A stretch of DNA of 63,739 nucleotides, the filler included, from an uncultured Methanosarcinales archaeon (GTDB lineage Archaea > Nanobdellota > Nanobdellia > Woesearchaeales > JABMPP01): assembly GCA_964604995.1 (NCBI GenBank). It is 3 parts of 3 records of this genome, joined end to end, with 100 filler letters (N's around TTAATTAATTAA, not from the genome) between each part and the next. Parts side by side here need not be neighbours in the genome. Positions count along the whole stretch, not along the records: positions 1 to 27,170 come from CAZSAD010000025.1; positions 27,271 to 51,579 come from CAZSAD010000026.1; 1 more part is not named here. One strand, given 5' to 3'. Positions within the stretch are counted from its first letter, which is position 1, and every line of letters begins with the position of its first letter. Position numbers and translations under genes: made by a program. The notes under the pieces were generated by a model, which worked only from the letters and a program-made list of their open reading frames with translations, searched no databases and was not told the origin of the DNA. Of this stretch, positions 19,801 through 29,353 are shown piece by piece.

Positions 19801-21852
19801 GAAAATGAGGGAAATTTAATTGATATTGCTAATCAATGGTGGAATAAAAATAAAGAGAAAATTAATGAAATAATGGATAAAATTCCCCCAGGTATTGTAT
19901 CAAAAAAACCAGAATATATTTGTAAAAAAATACAAAATCTCAAAATTGCCAAAGAAGTTTTATATATTGAAGACAAAGAGAAAAAAAGCTGTTCTTTTAG
20001 AATAATAGTTGAAATAAATAACAGTGAAGTTAGATTTGTATTCCCTATGCTTGGTAGAGCAGTTATACCAGATGACTTTGAAAGATTCAATATACAAGCA
20101 GATCTTAAAGATGGAAAATCCCCAATATTATGGTTAAAGGTTTTGTGGATAGGAACTCCTGCAATTGAACAAGTTATTGAAAGGAGTGTAGATGAAAATA
20201 AAGAAATAGTGTATCAAGAATTACAAAAAGGAATGGTAGTATGGGAAACAAAAGCAAAAAAAGAATTCAAAGAAAAAACTACTAGTGAAATATTACTTCC
20301 AAACAACATATTAAATAAAATTGAAGAACTAAATAAAGAATACAATGAAGGTTTATTTTATAAAAATTATTACAAAGTCATCAAAAAATTAAACTTACCA
20401 AGAAGTAAATCTTATGTTTCAATGCAATATTGGATACTTGAAATCAATAAGAACTATTCATCAATTTGTCCTGCTTACGGCATGCCAATTAATGCTATAT
20501 CATTTGATGATAGTCAAATGAGTGCATTTTATAATGTTGAATTTGAAAACAAAAAGAAAGTTACAAAAGGAGTTTATCTTGCCAATAAAAATCATTATTA
20601 TTTTATAATTGACCAAATGGCCACAATGTATAATGATGGTAAAACTCCAAAGGTTGCAAAAGGAAAAATAACACTTCTTAAAGGCATCAAACCAAAGGAA
20701 CAGCAAAAAACAGGATACAATTTATTGTTTAACTTAGAAGTTATGTTAAATATTTATAATTCTGATACCTCATCTGAAAAAAATTATTTAGTTTTTTTAA
20801 ATAATTATGGAAGATATGTAAAAGAAGCTAGTGGATTATTAATTGGTAAAAATTTAAGATATTGGATAATAAGAACCAATGATAAAACAGAGCAAATAAA
20901 TAAAATTACTGAAAGAATAGAAGAAATTGGAGAGATTTATGGATTATTGTTACCAATTGGAACTACAATTACAGGAGAATTACCTTATATTCAAACACTC
21001 CAACAATATTTTGAGATATATCTTGATGGAAAATTATTAAAAAATCAATTTTGGGAAAAATCAAAAAAATCAACTGAAAAAATTATTGCAAATATGCCAA
21101 CAAAACAAGAGAATAAAATAAAAAAAATAATTGATAGCATTTTTGGTGCAATGACTTTTGATATATTTAATAAGAAAAAATCATTTAAAAATACAACACA
21201 AAATGAAACAACAATAACTAATGAAGAGGGAATTGAGATTAATGAAGCATTCTCTTCAAAGGTATATAAACAATTTAAGATAGTTAAAATGCCATTTGTT
21301 AGACATAGAGGAAAAATGCCAACTCTTCAAGAAGAGCATGAATTATGGGAAATTGTAAGTGTTGGGAAAATAGAACTTGGAGAACCAACAGCAACAAACA
21401 CGGAACAAAATACAAATACTGATGAAGATATAATGGAAGGAAGATCAGGTGTTTCAGATGACACTTCATGGAATTTGTTTAATGGTACTTCTTTCAAAAG
21501 AATATTACTAAAAAACATAAATAAATATGATTTAATATTAACAATATGTGATATAAAAAATAAAATTTATGTCGATAGATTTGGATATGTACTTGATTTT
21601 GAAACAACATTGGATGCTCAAAAACAAATAAAATATTTGTTAGATAATAAAAATCTTAAATACAGAATGGTTATTTTATCAAAAAATAAAGAAGTAAAAA
21701 ACAAAGATTTTACCCCAATAAGTAAAATATGGAAAATAACTGAAAAGGATTTAATATGCATGAATGGTACTTTTAGAAAAAGAATGAAAGGTTATTTTGT
21801 TGAGTTAGTTGAAAAAAGTGATGTTAAAAATTTTGAAAGTAAAAAATATTAG
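16855..21852 (+). CDS. Giant membrane-anchored protein (1665 aa): 2 TM, coiled coils, GrpE-like domain, three repeats of an uncharacterised domain
   Basis: TMs YFAIFLLIAFLAM and WWIWVIIIFIIATVIFLL; Pro/Gln/Thr linker; long coiled coil; GrpE-like head at about 19597-19764. Confidence 0.85.
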   Translation: MSEPGVAAKAKDGIKSAGKYFAIFLLIAFLAMNAFVAYEESGKNFSNIKWTKIIYPTYIENIINDIGNSVSQGTQTEQKTEPSPEQKTDLPQNPTPQINDSVKTKENNSTIIPTEESTGFSFAKPLGMSWWIWVIIIFIIATVIFLLKYLKKYKQKQEEKQPNLQAKSYAEQIVEDYNKGNEKEFIEKYKVKIDYLKYEKEDVYWWSSDVPDSENQTKVVLPPIRTTLESIERFIELSKNYNVYIYENGEDTKETKGKLLTISKGFITEKDNKNNDVNFEIYTKLIAKLLTQFKFSICYLNPAAFHENISNVGYGDLHFFASEKDLKLFKENKIVEYVPTDEEIKNANEHFESLKSKEAPKEPSSESEINSNIEEAKIIDLKEVGKEINKTEQDIQETEKDVNKVISEVKIEEKTVEEIYKDELKNIELVKQAIAFERIYEEAIKEAHLKFDKIIDNILISIEKTYGLRDRNECVIRLYKELKSLETKDKPLVVLKVNFAMILKELPNKDKKEIIDLLEWIYKIGLVKKDYPIFRTQFRDYGVAYELSKHDIFKHEFKTFSELLDISNEILIKIKTLEKEFVNLKQPLEKLLLDDKKEYANFEQLIEKILEYLSEHSTKETRNDLNETFIDVLQEKYKNNHELINKLTTALFDNNLPLSILTETQVRLEKALFNIIKIVDVLKKGEIYVTVKSIDENNNPTIEKRITCFECLEHELKTLVSLFLNGETDFENSNYKQFLPMIHREYNTLIESLRGLKQLMEDLRKDEKDISKLEEVIEKIEEETIESKQTELTLKNREIKNVQSQESKQDIKEEAIKTCSLIIESLEKIEKIEELPEKIAEHVKKSKKKIKENKEKLEKVHSNNKEKVEELILDNTIDTLKVLHETTNETLVGMDNKEIDELTTELSKIGKTVSMEIICPKSGEEFEEGKIQAINTPEPIGLKVARTEQIGLSKIEGENLVVDVKAKVEVEVPIEQIEDKLSENEGNLIDIANQWWNKNKEKINEIMDKIPPGIVSKKPEYICKKIQNLKIAKEVLYIEDKEKKSCSFRIIVEINNSEVRFVFPMLGRAVIPDDFERFNIQADLKDGKSPILWLKVLWIGTPAIEQVIERSVDENKEIVYQELQKGMVVWETKAKKEFKEKTTSEILLPNNILNKIEELNKEYNEGLFYKNYYKVIKKLNLPRSKSYVSMQYWILEINKNYSSICPAYGMPINAISFDDSQMSAFYNVEFENKKKVTKGVYLANKNHYYFIIDQMATMYNDGKTPKVAKGKITLLKGIKPKEQQKTGYNLLFNLEVMLNIYNSDTSSEKNYLVFLNNYGRYVKEASGLLIGKNLRYWIIRTNDKTEQINKITERIEEIGEIYGLLLPIGTTITGELPYIQTLQQYFEIYLDGKLLKNQFWEKSKKSTEKIIANMPTKQENKIKKIIDSIFGAMTFDIFNKKKSFKNTTQNETTITNEEGIEINEAFSSKVYKQFKIVKMPFVRHRGKMPTLQEEHELWEIVSVGKIELGEPTATNTEQNTNTDEDIMEGRSGVSDDTSWNLFNGTSFKRILLKNINKYDLILTICDIKNKIYVDRFGYVLDFETTLDAQKQIKYLLDNKNLKYRMVILSKNKEVKNKDFTPISKIWKITEKDLICMNGTFRKRMKGYFVELVEKSDVKNFESKKY

Positions 21853-21911
21853 AAAAAATAAAAAACTAATATAAAAATAAAAAATACAAAGAGGTTTTCT
21901 TTGTTAATTAA

Positions 21912-22889
21912 TTATTTGTATGCTGCAGAGCCAGCAGCTTTATGGTTTGCAATAAGATAATCTACTGCCTGTAATGTATCCATTGGTGCAGTTTGTTTGC
22001 TTTTTGGATTTCTTAATGCATCAAAAGATTGTTTAACACCATCTTCTAGCTTTGGTGCATTTTTTCCAGCTGAAAAACCAATGTCTTGTCCCACTTTAAG
22101 CAATAGTTGTGTTGATGTAAGATAAGATCCAAATTGTTTTGCATCCATTTCAACTAATTCCTTACCAGTTTTCAAGTTTGGTGCAAAGTAACTTGTTTTT
22201 CCTGTTTTTTTGTCAGTTGCAGTTAGATAAAAAACTTTATGTTCTTCATATCCAACTCCTGCATTAGGTAATGATATTACATCACCAACATAAATAACAT
22301 CTCCTTTGATGCCATCTGCTTTGTGAACAACTTTACCATTTACTACAGCTTTGTTATCAATAGAAAGTTGTTTTGCTTTATCCCCATTTTGATTGTAATC
22401 AACTACCTCATTAACTGCTTGCGAAATTTCGGTATCATCAGTTAAACCATATACATTTTTTACAACATTCCAAAGCTTGTCCCCTTTTGCTACAGTATAA
22501 GCTGAATCTTTTACAACTTGTTTTGTTATAGTTTGTTGTTTTATTGAAGCATTGGAATATTTTTGTTCTACATCTCCACAGCCAGCTAATTTGTAAATAC
22601 CAAAGGCGGCAAGTGCAGCTGCACTTAGATAAAGAGTTGGCTTTATCCATTTATTGTTTTTTCCATTTTCTGTTGTTTCAGGAACTTTTACTTCTTCTTT
22701 AGCAATAACCTCTTCATTTTCATAATCTGGTTTATTTTCAAAAGAATTATCTATAGAACCAGGTTTACTATCTGGATTAGAATTACTAGGTGGTATATCA
22801 TTCATAAAGTCAAGAAAATTATCTGATGTTGAACCCTCTTCTGATCCTAGATTAAAAATATCATCTTTGTCTTTGTTTTCTTCTCCCAT
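21912..22889 (-). CDS. Membrane-anchored LysM-domain protein
   Basis: Acidic N-tail, TM ending LAGC, then YTVAKGDKLWNVVKNVYG...YN...IYVGDVISLP LysM signature with an insertion; SD GGGGGT. Confidence 0.75.
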   Translation of the reverse strand: MGEENKDKDDIFNLGSEEGSTSDNFLDFMNDIPPSNSNPDSKPGSIDNSFENKPDYENEEVIAKEEVKVPETTENGKNNKWIKPTLYLSAAALAAFGIYKLAGCGDVEQKYSNASIKQQTITKQVVKDSAYTVAKGDKLWNVVKNVYGLTDDTEISQAVNEVVDYNQNGDKAKQLSIDNKAVVNGKVVHKADGIKGDVIYVGDVISLPNAGVGYEEHKVFYLTATDKKTGKTSYFAPNLKTGKELVEMDAKQFGSYLTSTQLLLKVGQDIGFSAGKNAPKLEDGVKQSFDALRNPKSKQTAPMDTLQAVDYLIANHKAAGSAAYK

Positions 22890-23186
22890 TTTTATTACCC
22901 CCTTATTCCTTAAAATTATGATTTTAGGAATGAATACTATTAAGTAGTAACAACCTCTATATAAATGTTTCGTTTCTGTAAAGTAGTTAATAGTTTATAT
23001 ATGAAAATTATTAGTTTTGAATTAATTTGAAGTAATATTAATTGCTTATTAATTATTGGTTATTCTAATTTAATATAATTTATCAAAAGATACCTTTATA
23101 AATCACCTATTTATCCCATAAGTAACATAAATCCCGAGTACTAATGCTTTAGAGCAAATGCAAGCCTTAGGAGGGTGGAGTTAAGA

Positions 23187-23930
23187 ATGGATAAGAAAAT
23201 TATAATAGAAGCTGTAAAGAAAGCACGAGAGAGTTCTCCTAAAAGAAATTTTAAACAAAGTTTTGATTTCATTGTCAATTTAAAAGGATTAGATTTGAAA
23301 AAACCAGAAGAACAAATTGAATTTTTTATGACATTGCCACAGAAAAGAGATAAGAAATTTAAGGTCTGTGCATTAATTGGTGCTGAATTAGCTGATGAAG
23401 CTAAAGCAGTATGTGATTTTTCAATATCTCAAGAAGATTTTCCAAAATACTCTGAAAACAAAAAATTAATGAAAAAATTAAGTGAAGATTATGATTTTTT
23501 TATTGCTCAGGCAAATATTATGCCAAAAATTGCAGCAGCATTTGGAAGAGTTCTTGGACCAAGAGGCAAAATGCCAAATCCAAAAGCAGGATGCATTGTT
23601 CCACCAAAATCTAATCTTAAACCATTATATGAAAAATTGCAAAATACTGTTAGAATAAACGCAAAAACTCAACTTATGGTTCAAACATTTGTTGGTAAAG
23701 AAGAAATGAGTGATGATGCAATTGCTGATAATATATATACAATTTACGATCAAGTCGTCCATCACCTACCACAAGATAAAAACAACATCGCATCAATGTT
23801 TATAAAACTTACAATGGGTCAACCATCAAAGCTTACTGAAAAAATAAGTGAAGAACAAAGAATTGAAAAAAGAAAACTTCTTCATAAAAAAGTGACAGAT
23901 AAACAAGCACCTAAAGGGGTGAATGCATAA
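23187..23930 (+). CDS. rpl1: 50S ribosomal protein L1 (uL1)
   Basis: KRNFKQSFDFIVNLK, GRVLGPRGKMPNPKAG, KLTMG. Confidence 0.97.
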   Translation: MDKKIIIEAVKKARESSPKRNFKQSFDFIVNLKGLDLKKPEEQIEFFMTLPQKRDKKFKVCALIGAELADEAKAVCDFSISQEDFPKYSENKKLMKKLSEDYDFFIAQANIMPKIAAAFGRVLGPRGKMPNPKAGCIVPPKSNLKPLYEKLQNTVRINAKTQLMVQTFVGKEEMSDDAIADNIYTIYDQVVHHLPQDKNNIASMFIKLTMGQPSKLTEKISEEQRIEKRKLLHKKVTDKQAPKGVNA

Positions 23931-24799
23931 TGCCACAAAGAAAAACAGAGCACCTACCTGAAGCTAAGAAAAAGGTCGTAAATGAATTTGCAAAGCTAAT
24001 CGAACAATACCCTATTGTTGGTTCAGTTAATATTGAAAATCTTCCAGCTCAACAGCTTCAAAAAATGAGGCAACAGTTAAGATCACAAAATATTGTCTTA
24101 AAAATGACCAAAAGAAGATTAATTAAATTAGCAATTGAAAAATCAAAGGGTAAAAAAGCAGGCATAGAAAAACTTGAACCATATCTTTCAGGAATGCCAG
24201 CTGTGCTTTTCACAAAAGACAATCCTTTCAAACTTTATAAATTCTTACAAAAGAATAAATCAAGCGCGCCAGCAAAAGCAGGTCAAACAGCAATTAATGA
24301 TATAAAAGTAAGCGCTGGTCCCACATCTTTTGCACCAGGCCCAATTATTGGTGAACTTGGACAATTGAAAATTAAAGCGGGAATTGAAAACGGCAAAGTT
24401 GTAATTAAACAAGATTCTATTGTTGTGAAAAAAGGAGATAAAGTAACAGCAAAACAAGCAGAAGTTTTAACAAGACTAGGTATTCAGCCAATGGAAGTTG
24501 GTTTAGACTTAGTTGCAGTATATGAAGATCAAGAAATATTCACAAGAGAGATTCTTTCAGTAGATGAAAGCGCATACATTAACAATGTAACCAATGCAGC
24601 AAGATGGGCATTTAACTTAGCAGTTGAAGCTGCCTATCCAACAAAGGAAACAACTGAAGTATTAATACAAAAAGCTTTCAAAGAATCAAAAGCAGTTGCT
24701 CTTGAAGGAGTGATACTTGCTGATCTTGTAATAGAGGATATTGTTGGAAAAGCCAGCAGACAAGCAACAAGTGTCAAATATGAGTTTAATATTAACTAA
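23930..24799 (+). CDS. rpl10: 50S ribosomal protein L10 (uL10/P0, archaeal type)
   Basis: LQKMRQQLR, NPFKLYK, PAKAG...AGPTSFAPGPIIGEL, LGIQPMEVGL. Confidence 0.97.
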   Translation: MPQRKTEHLPEAKKKVVNEFAKLIEQYPIVGSVNIENLPAQQLQKMRQQLRSQNIVLKMTKRRLIKLAIEKSKGKKAGIEKLEPYLSGMPAVLFTKDNPFKLYKFLQKNKSSAPAKAGQTAINDIKVSAGPTSFAPGPIIGELGQLKIKAGIENGKVVIKQDSIVVKKGDKVTAKQAEVLTRLGIQPMEVGLDLVAVYEDQEIFTREILSVDESAYINNVTNAARWAFNLAVEAAYPTKETTEVLIQKAFKESKAVALEGVILADLVIEDIVGKASRQATSVKYEFNIN

Positions 24800-24832
24800 A
24801 TTTAGTATTTAGTTTTTTAGGAGGTAAATAAA

Positions 24833-25147
24833 ATGGAATATGTGTATGCAGCAATGCTTTTGCACAAGGCTGGGCACAAGATAGAAGATGCTTCTGTCAC
24901 TAAAGTGTTAGAAGCTGCAGGCGTAAAGCCAGATACCACAAGGGTAAAGGCTCTCGTAGCAGCACTCGACGGCGTTGATATAAACAAAGCAATAGAGAAA
25001 GCAGCCGCAGTTACCGTAGCAGCAGCCGCTCCAGTAGCAGGCCATGAAGCTAAGGCAGACTCAAAAGCAGATGAAAAGAAAAAAGTCGAAGATGAAAAGA
25101 AAACTGAAGAAGCAGCAGCAGCTGGTCTTGGTGCATTATTCGGATAA
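24833..25147 (+). CDS. rpl12: 50S ribosomal protein L12 (aP1)
   Basis: [11 protein letters not shown]...[13 protein letters not shown]. Confidence 0.97.
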   Translation: MEYVYAAMLLHKAGHKIEDASVTKVLEAAGVKPDTTRVKALVAALDGVDINKAIEKAAAVTVAAAAPVAGHEAKADSKADEKKKVEDEKKTEEAAAAGLGALFG

Positions 25148-25148
25148 A

Positions 25149-25180
25149 CTTTTTTGGTGTGCTTTTAATTTTCACCAAAA
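25149..25180 (+). terminator. T-tract/hairpin after rpl12
   Basis: T-run, then inverted repeat TTTTGGTG...CACCAAAA directly after the stop. Confidence 0.4.
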
Positions 25181-25262
25181 TTTCAATATAGATTGAAATA
25201 TTATATTAAAATAAAACAAAGTGACTAAGGACCACAATATTGTGCAGTGATGTGGAGAGGAC

Positions 25263-26168
25263 ATGCTGACAGAAGAAGAAAGGAAATCCCTATTGGATAA
25301 GCTAGATGCTGTAAAGAAAGAAGCAGATAATCTTCGTACTTTGCTAAATCAGATTAATGATCAAAAAGAAGACTGGTTTAGAAAAAAAGAAGATGCAGGC
25401 AAGAAAATTAGAGAACTAATTGCCAAAGTTAAAGATGCTAAAACCAAAAGGAATGAACTAACTAACACTGTTAAAGTCGATAAAGATAAAAGACAAAAAC
25501 TCCACGATGTTATTGTCACAAAAGTTGAAGAAATAAAAAAACTTAATTCTGAAAAAGATGCTACAATAAAGAAAGGAAAACCTTTGGCTAGTGTCCATGC
25601 TCTAACTGAACAAATTGAAAAGCTTCAAAGAAAAATAGAAACTGAAGTTATGTCTTTTGATAAAGAAAAAGAACTTATGAAGAAGATCAAAGAGTTAAAA
25701 AAACAAAAGTTAGAATCTGCTGCATTAAATGGTACGTTTGATGATTCAAGAAAACTTTCTAAAGAAATTGATAAGATGAAAAAGGAAGCCAATATTGTTC
25801 ACAAAACAATCCAAGATAATGCAAAAAATAGCCAAACACAGCATGAAACAATACTAGAAACATCAAAGCAAATAGATGTTTTAAAAGTTGAAGAAGAAGA
25901 AGCTTATAAAAAATTCTTTGAGTTTAAGCAACAGTTTACTGATGCAAATAACAAACTAAAAGAAAAACTTATTGATTTAAATGAGCTTTATCAAAAACTT
26001 GGTAAAGAAAAGGAAGAGAAAAAAGAAGAAAGAAAACAGCAAAGAAGAAAAACCTTAAGACAAAAAGAACATGAAGTTAATGAAAAAATTAGAAAAGGTG
26101 AAAAATTAACAACAGATGATCTTCTTGTTTTGCAAGGCGCTGATATGGAAAATAATAACAATAACTAA
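25263..26168 (+). CDS. Archaeal coiled-coil protein (COG1340-like)
   Basis: Continuous coiled coil, IETEVMSFDKEKEL, C-terminal KGEKLTTDDLL signature. Confidence 0.8.
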   Translation: MLTEEERKSLLDKLDAVKKEADNLRTLLNQINDQKEDWFRKKEDAGKKIRELIAKVKDAKTKRNELTNTVKVDKDKRQKLHDVIVTKVEEIKKLNSEKDATIKKGKPLASVHALTEQIEKLQRKIETEVMSFDKEKELMKKIKELKKQKLESAALNGTFDDSRKLSKEIDKMKKEANIVHKTIQDNAKNSQTQHETILETSKQIDVLKVEEEEAYKKFFEFKQQFTDANNKLKEKLIDLNELYQKLGKEKEEKKEERKQQRRKTLRQKEHEVNEKIRKGEKLTTDDLLVLQGADMENNNNN

Positions 26169-26210
26169 AGAACTAGTTATTGATTAGATATAACTAAAAA
26201 ATGTTTATTA

Positions 26211-27089
26211 TTAAGAAAATATTTTAATTGATTCTTCAAGAAATTCTGTTTGTGTTTTATCCAGATCATTCTTTTTTTTGGATAAAAATTCCTGCAACTT
26301 TGATTTTAATATATAAACTAAAGCATTATCCAATCTATCACATATATTTTTAAATAATTTTAAACTAGACAATATATTATTCATGTTATCCATATTATTT
26401 CCAATAAAGTGCCATTTTTCAGAAAAAATTAATTCTTCATAAATGCAAATTAAAATTCCAAATGCTACCCCTTCCCTCTCAGCTATTACAATTTTACCAT
26501 CTGCTGTCCATTTGTTAAAAGTTTGTGCTGATTTTAATATCCCAACAGATTGATGGATAAGAGTTAAAGTTTCATCAACTATTCCTAAAGGTCCAAACAT
26601 TCGTAAAGTTATATTAATTGATCCTTGTGTTTTTTTATATCCTGTTTGATATCCTAACATATAATATTTTTTCTCATCGAATTTGTTAGCATACTTTTTC
26701 GGATCAGTTAAACGAAGAATTTCTGCTTGCCATTGTTTTTTTATTTCTTCAAGATTATATACGAACTTTTCCATGTCTTTGTGAATTAAAGGAATTATTT
26801 CTTTTTTATCACCTTCTGAAATTTTATCTAAATCTTCAATTAATTTATTTAAACCAGAAATTTCTTTCTTGTATAGCTCAGGTTCATTTTGCCAATATTC
26901 ATGATACTTTTTTAGTAGATGATTTATACGACTAGATGAGCGATGCATTTTCCATAACTCGTGGCTTATTTCACTTGTGTAAACATTTGCAAAATCATAA
27001 TCTAAACTTTTTTTAATTTCATCCCATAAGCCAATAATTTTTTTTCCTTCAGAAGATAATTTTTCAATAACTTTTTTCTTATTGACCAT
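26211..27089 (-). CDS. Hypothetical protein
   Basis: 292-aa ORF; minus-strand TTTATATA about 25 nt upstream (leaderless). Confidence 0.75.
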   Translation of the reverse strand: MVNKKKVIEKLSSEGKKIIGLWDEIKKSLDYDFANVYTSEISHELWKMHRSSSRINHLLKKYHEYWQNEPELYKKEISGLNKLIEDLDKISEGDKKEIIPLIHKDMEKFVYNLEEIKKQWQAEILRLTDPKKYANKFDEKKYYMLGYQTGYKKTQGSINITLRMFGPLGIVDETLTLIHQSVGILKSAQTFNKWTADGKIVIAEREGVAFGILICIYEELIFSEKWHFIGNNMDNMNNILSSLKLFKNICDRLDNALVYILKSKLQEFLSKKKNDLDKTQTEFLEESIKIFS

Positions 27090-27170
27090 TTAATAAAAAT
27101 AAGAATAAGAAGTATATATAAATTGTGAAAAACAATTGATTATAAGGAAAAGGAGTATATATAAAGAACA

Positions 27171-27270
27171 NNNNNNNNNNNNNNNNNNNNNNNNNNNNNN
27201 NNNNNNNNNNNNNNTTAATTAATTAANNNNNNNNNNNNNNNNNNNNNNNNNNNNNNNNNNNNNNNNNNNN
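27171..27270. other. Artificial contig-joining spacer (N44-TTAATTAATTAA-N44)
   Basis: Exactly 100 nt with an all-frame stop linker; identical structure at 51580. Confidence 0.97.
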
Positions 27271-27647
27271 TTATTAGATTTCATAACTGGCGCTTTTGGC
27301 CAGCCTGAATCTAACCAATCTAACCTTGCATAGGTTTTATTTGTTGAATATCTTGGTAAGATATGGAAATGTACGTGCTTATCGACCATCATTAGCATAA
27401 GATAATTTATTTTATCATATGAAAAAACTGCTTTGAGATGTTTTTCGGCATCTTTTACTAAAATGGAAAATTCCTGCATTTCTTCAGCAGTTATGTCTGA
27501 AAAGTTTTCAATATGTCTTTTTGTTATTGCAACACAATTTCCAAGAGTTATGGCTTTTGGACTTAAGGAAAGTTTCCAATATTTGTATTCTTTTAATAAA
27601 TATTTTTTCTCTTCAAATACATTCCAAATATCGCAACATTGTGTCAT
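27271..27647 (-). CDS. HIT-family nucleotide hydrolase (3' end lost in gap)
   Basis: HVHFHILPR histidine triad. Confidence 0.88.
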
Positions 27648-27709
27648 AAAAACATCTCAAAACTTTTTGTTATTTGTCACATTTTTAAAATTAAATTTTT
27701 AACCTATTA

Positions 27710-29149
27710 TTAAACTTTGACTCCTTTTTTATGATGCATTAAAACAATTGAAAAATATAATCCAACAACAGCAAGCAAAATTAGACCAAGCACTAAAAAT
27801 AAGGTTTCAATTCCTGCTGCATCTGCTAAATATGCTCCCAAAGGTATTGTAATTATTAGTGGCAAAACTGAAAAAATACCAAGTGATGAAAAGTATTCTT
27901 GCCTTTGAAGTTCTGGAACAAGATCATTAATCAAAAGACCATGAGCCACACCTGAGATTGCTGCACCTATTATCCCTATAATTATGCCCATACTAATAGA
28001 AACTATGTTTGGATTGAAATAAAATGTTAAAGGCGTTAATGCCATTAATATTGTACCAAATACAAGCATTGGAAATTTACCATATTCGATTGCATTAATT
28101 CTGCTTATAACCGGTCCAATAAGTGAAGTTAATGCTGCTATTGTAAATACAATTGACACATTTAAATATCTTCCAAAACCATAATTTCCAAGATGATTAA
28201 ATATGTAAATGCCATAGTAAGAATTGCCAAGTACTTGAACAGTTACAATAAGAGATGATGCTATTATCATGATTGCGATTATTTTATTTTTTGCAAAGTT
28301 TTGATAAGAAAGAAGTGTTTTTTTAATACCTGAAAAAAGTTGCATAGAAATGGATTTATTTTCTATTGAGGATATGTCTTCTACTTTACTTGGTTTTGTT
28401 AAAAATAACATTAAAAGACCTAAAAGAAAAGCAAGAGCGCTAATTGCAAGTATTAATGTGCTATTAACCCAATTTATCCCGAAAAGTTTAAACCCAATTA
28501 CTGAATCTAATGTGTAACCTGCCACCATAAGACAAATTGCTGTTAAAAGCAAACTGAATTTTGAAAAGTTCTTAATGAATTTATTTTCAACTTTTTCTTG
28601 TGATTTAATTTTTAAGTAGAAATCTCCAAATATTGCAACAAGTATTCCTGAAAATAAAAGCAAGATTGAAAACAAAACTTCCAAGTGCAGCTGACTTGCT
28701 ATTCCTAATGCAATTAATGTAATGGATAAAAGAAGACCTGATATTAAACTTACTAACCTGCAAAAATATGAACTTTTTTTATATGGTCCAATAACAAGAG
28801 AAGTTAAAACGCTCAAAATAGTTTTTAGCCCATTTATAATCCCAACAAGAAAATAATTTGCACCTGACTGCAAGAGAAAAATATTCAAAAATTGCTGTGA
28901 AGAAAATCCAAAACCTATTGTATCAAAAAAATCTTTGGCGAGATATTTACTAGTATCGGGGTTGTTTTTTTTAGTATCAAAATTTTCAGTATTTGTATTT
29001 GTCAACTCTTTTTTGTTATCCTTATTTGAATTGTTATCTTTAGTTGGATTATTAGCTTTAGATACTCGAGTAATTGATTCAATATTGGATTTATTAATTA
29101 TTTCATCTACATCAGAATTTACTTTAACTTTTGAATCCTCCCCTACCAT
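27710..29149 (-). CDS. MFS transporter
   Basis: About 12 TM segments in two halves; SRINAIEYGKFP loop motif. Confidence 0.85.
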   Translation of the reverse strand: MVGEDSKVKVNSDVDEIINKSNIESITRVSKANNPTKDNNSNKDNKKELTNTNTENFDTKKNNPDTSKYLAKDFFDTIGFGFSSQQFLNIFLLQSGANYFLVGIINGLKTILSVLTSLVIGPYKKSSYFCRLVSLISGLLLSITLIALGIASQLHLEVLFSILLLFSGILVAIFGDFYLKIKSQEKVENKFIKNFSKFSLLLTAICLMVAGYTLDSVIGFKLFGINWVNSTLILAISALAFLLGLLMLFLTKPSKVEDISSIENKSISMQLFSGIKKTLLSYQNFAKNKIIAIMIIASSLIVTVQVLGNSYYGIYIFNHLGNYGFGRYLNVSIVFTIAALTSLIGPVISRINAIEYGKFPMLVFGTILMALTPLTFYFNPNIVSISMGIIIGIIGAAISGVAHGLLINDLVPELQRQEYFSSLGIFSVLPLIITIPLGAYLADAAGIETLFLVLGLILLAVVGLYFSIVLMHHKKGVKV

Positions 29150-29353
29150 GAAGTAATATCTCCAAGATTTCTATATAAACTTTTTGCTACTTTTATGCTT
29201 AAACATAAAATCTTTAAATACTTGGACAAATTATGCAAGTATGTGTATTATGTAAGTATATAGGTTATAAAGTGTTATAGAGTACAAAACACAAATAAGA
29301 TTGTTAAATATTTAGTTTATTGAAAATTTATTAAATTTTTAGGAGGAGAAAAT

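Noticed and set aside
2..21852. Provirus or integrated plasmid explanation for the large hypothetical genes
   Set aside because: No integrase, terminase, capsid, primase or att repeats were recognised, and core genes (PAC2, METTL5, rpoL) are interleaved.
27171..27270. TTAATTAATTAA palindrome within N runs (also 51580-51679)
   Set aside because: Artificial all-frame-stop linker joining contigs; not biological, and neighbours across it are not necessarily adjacent.
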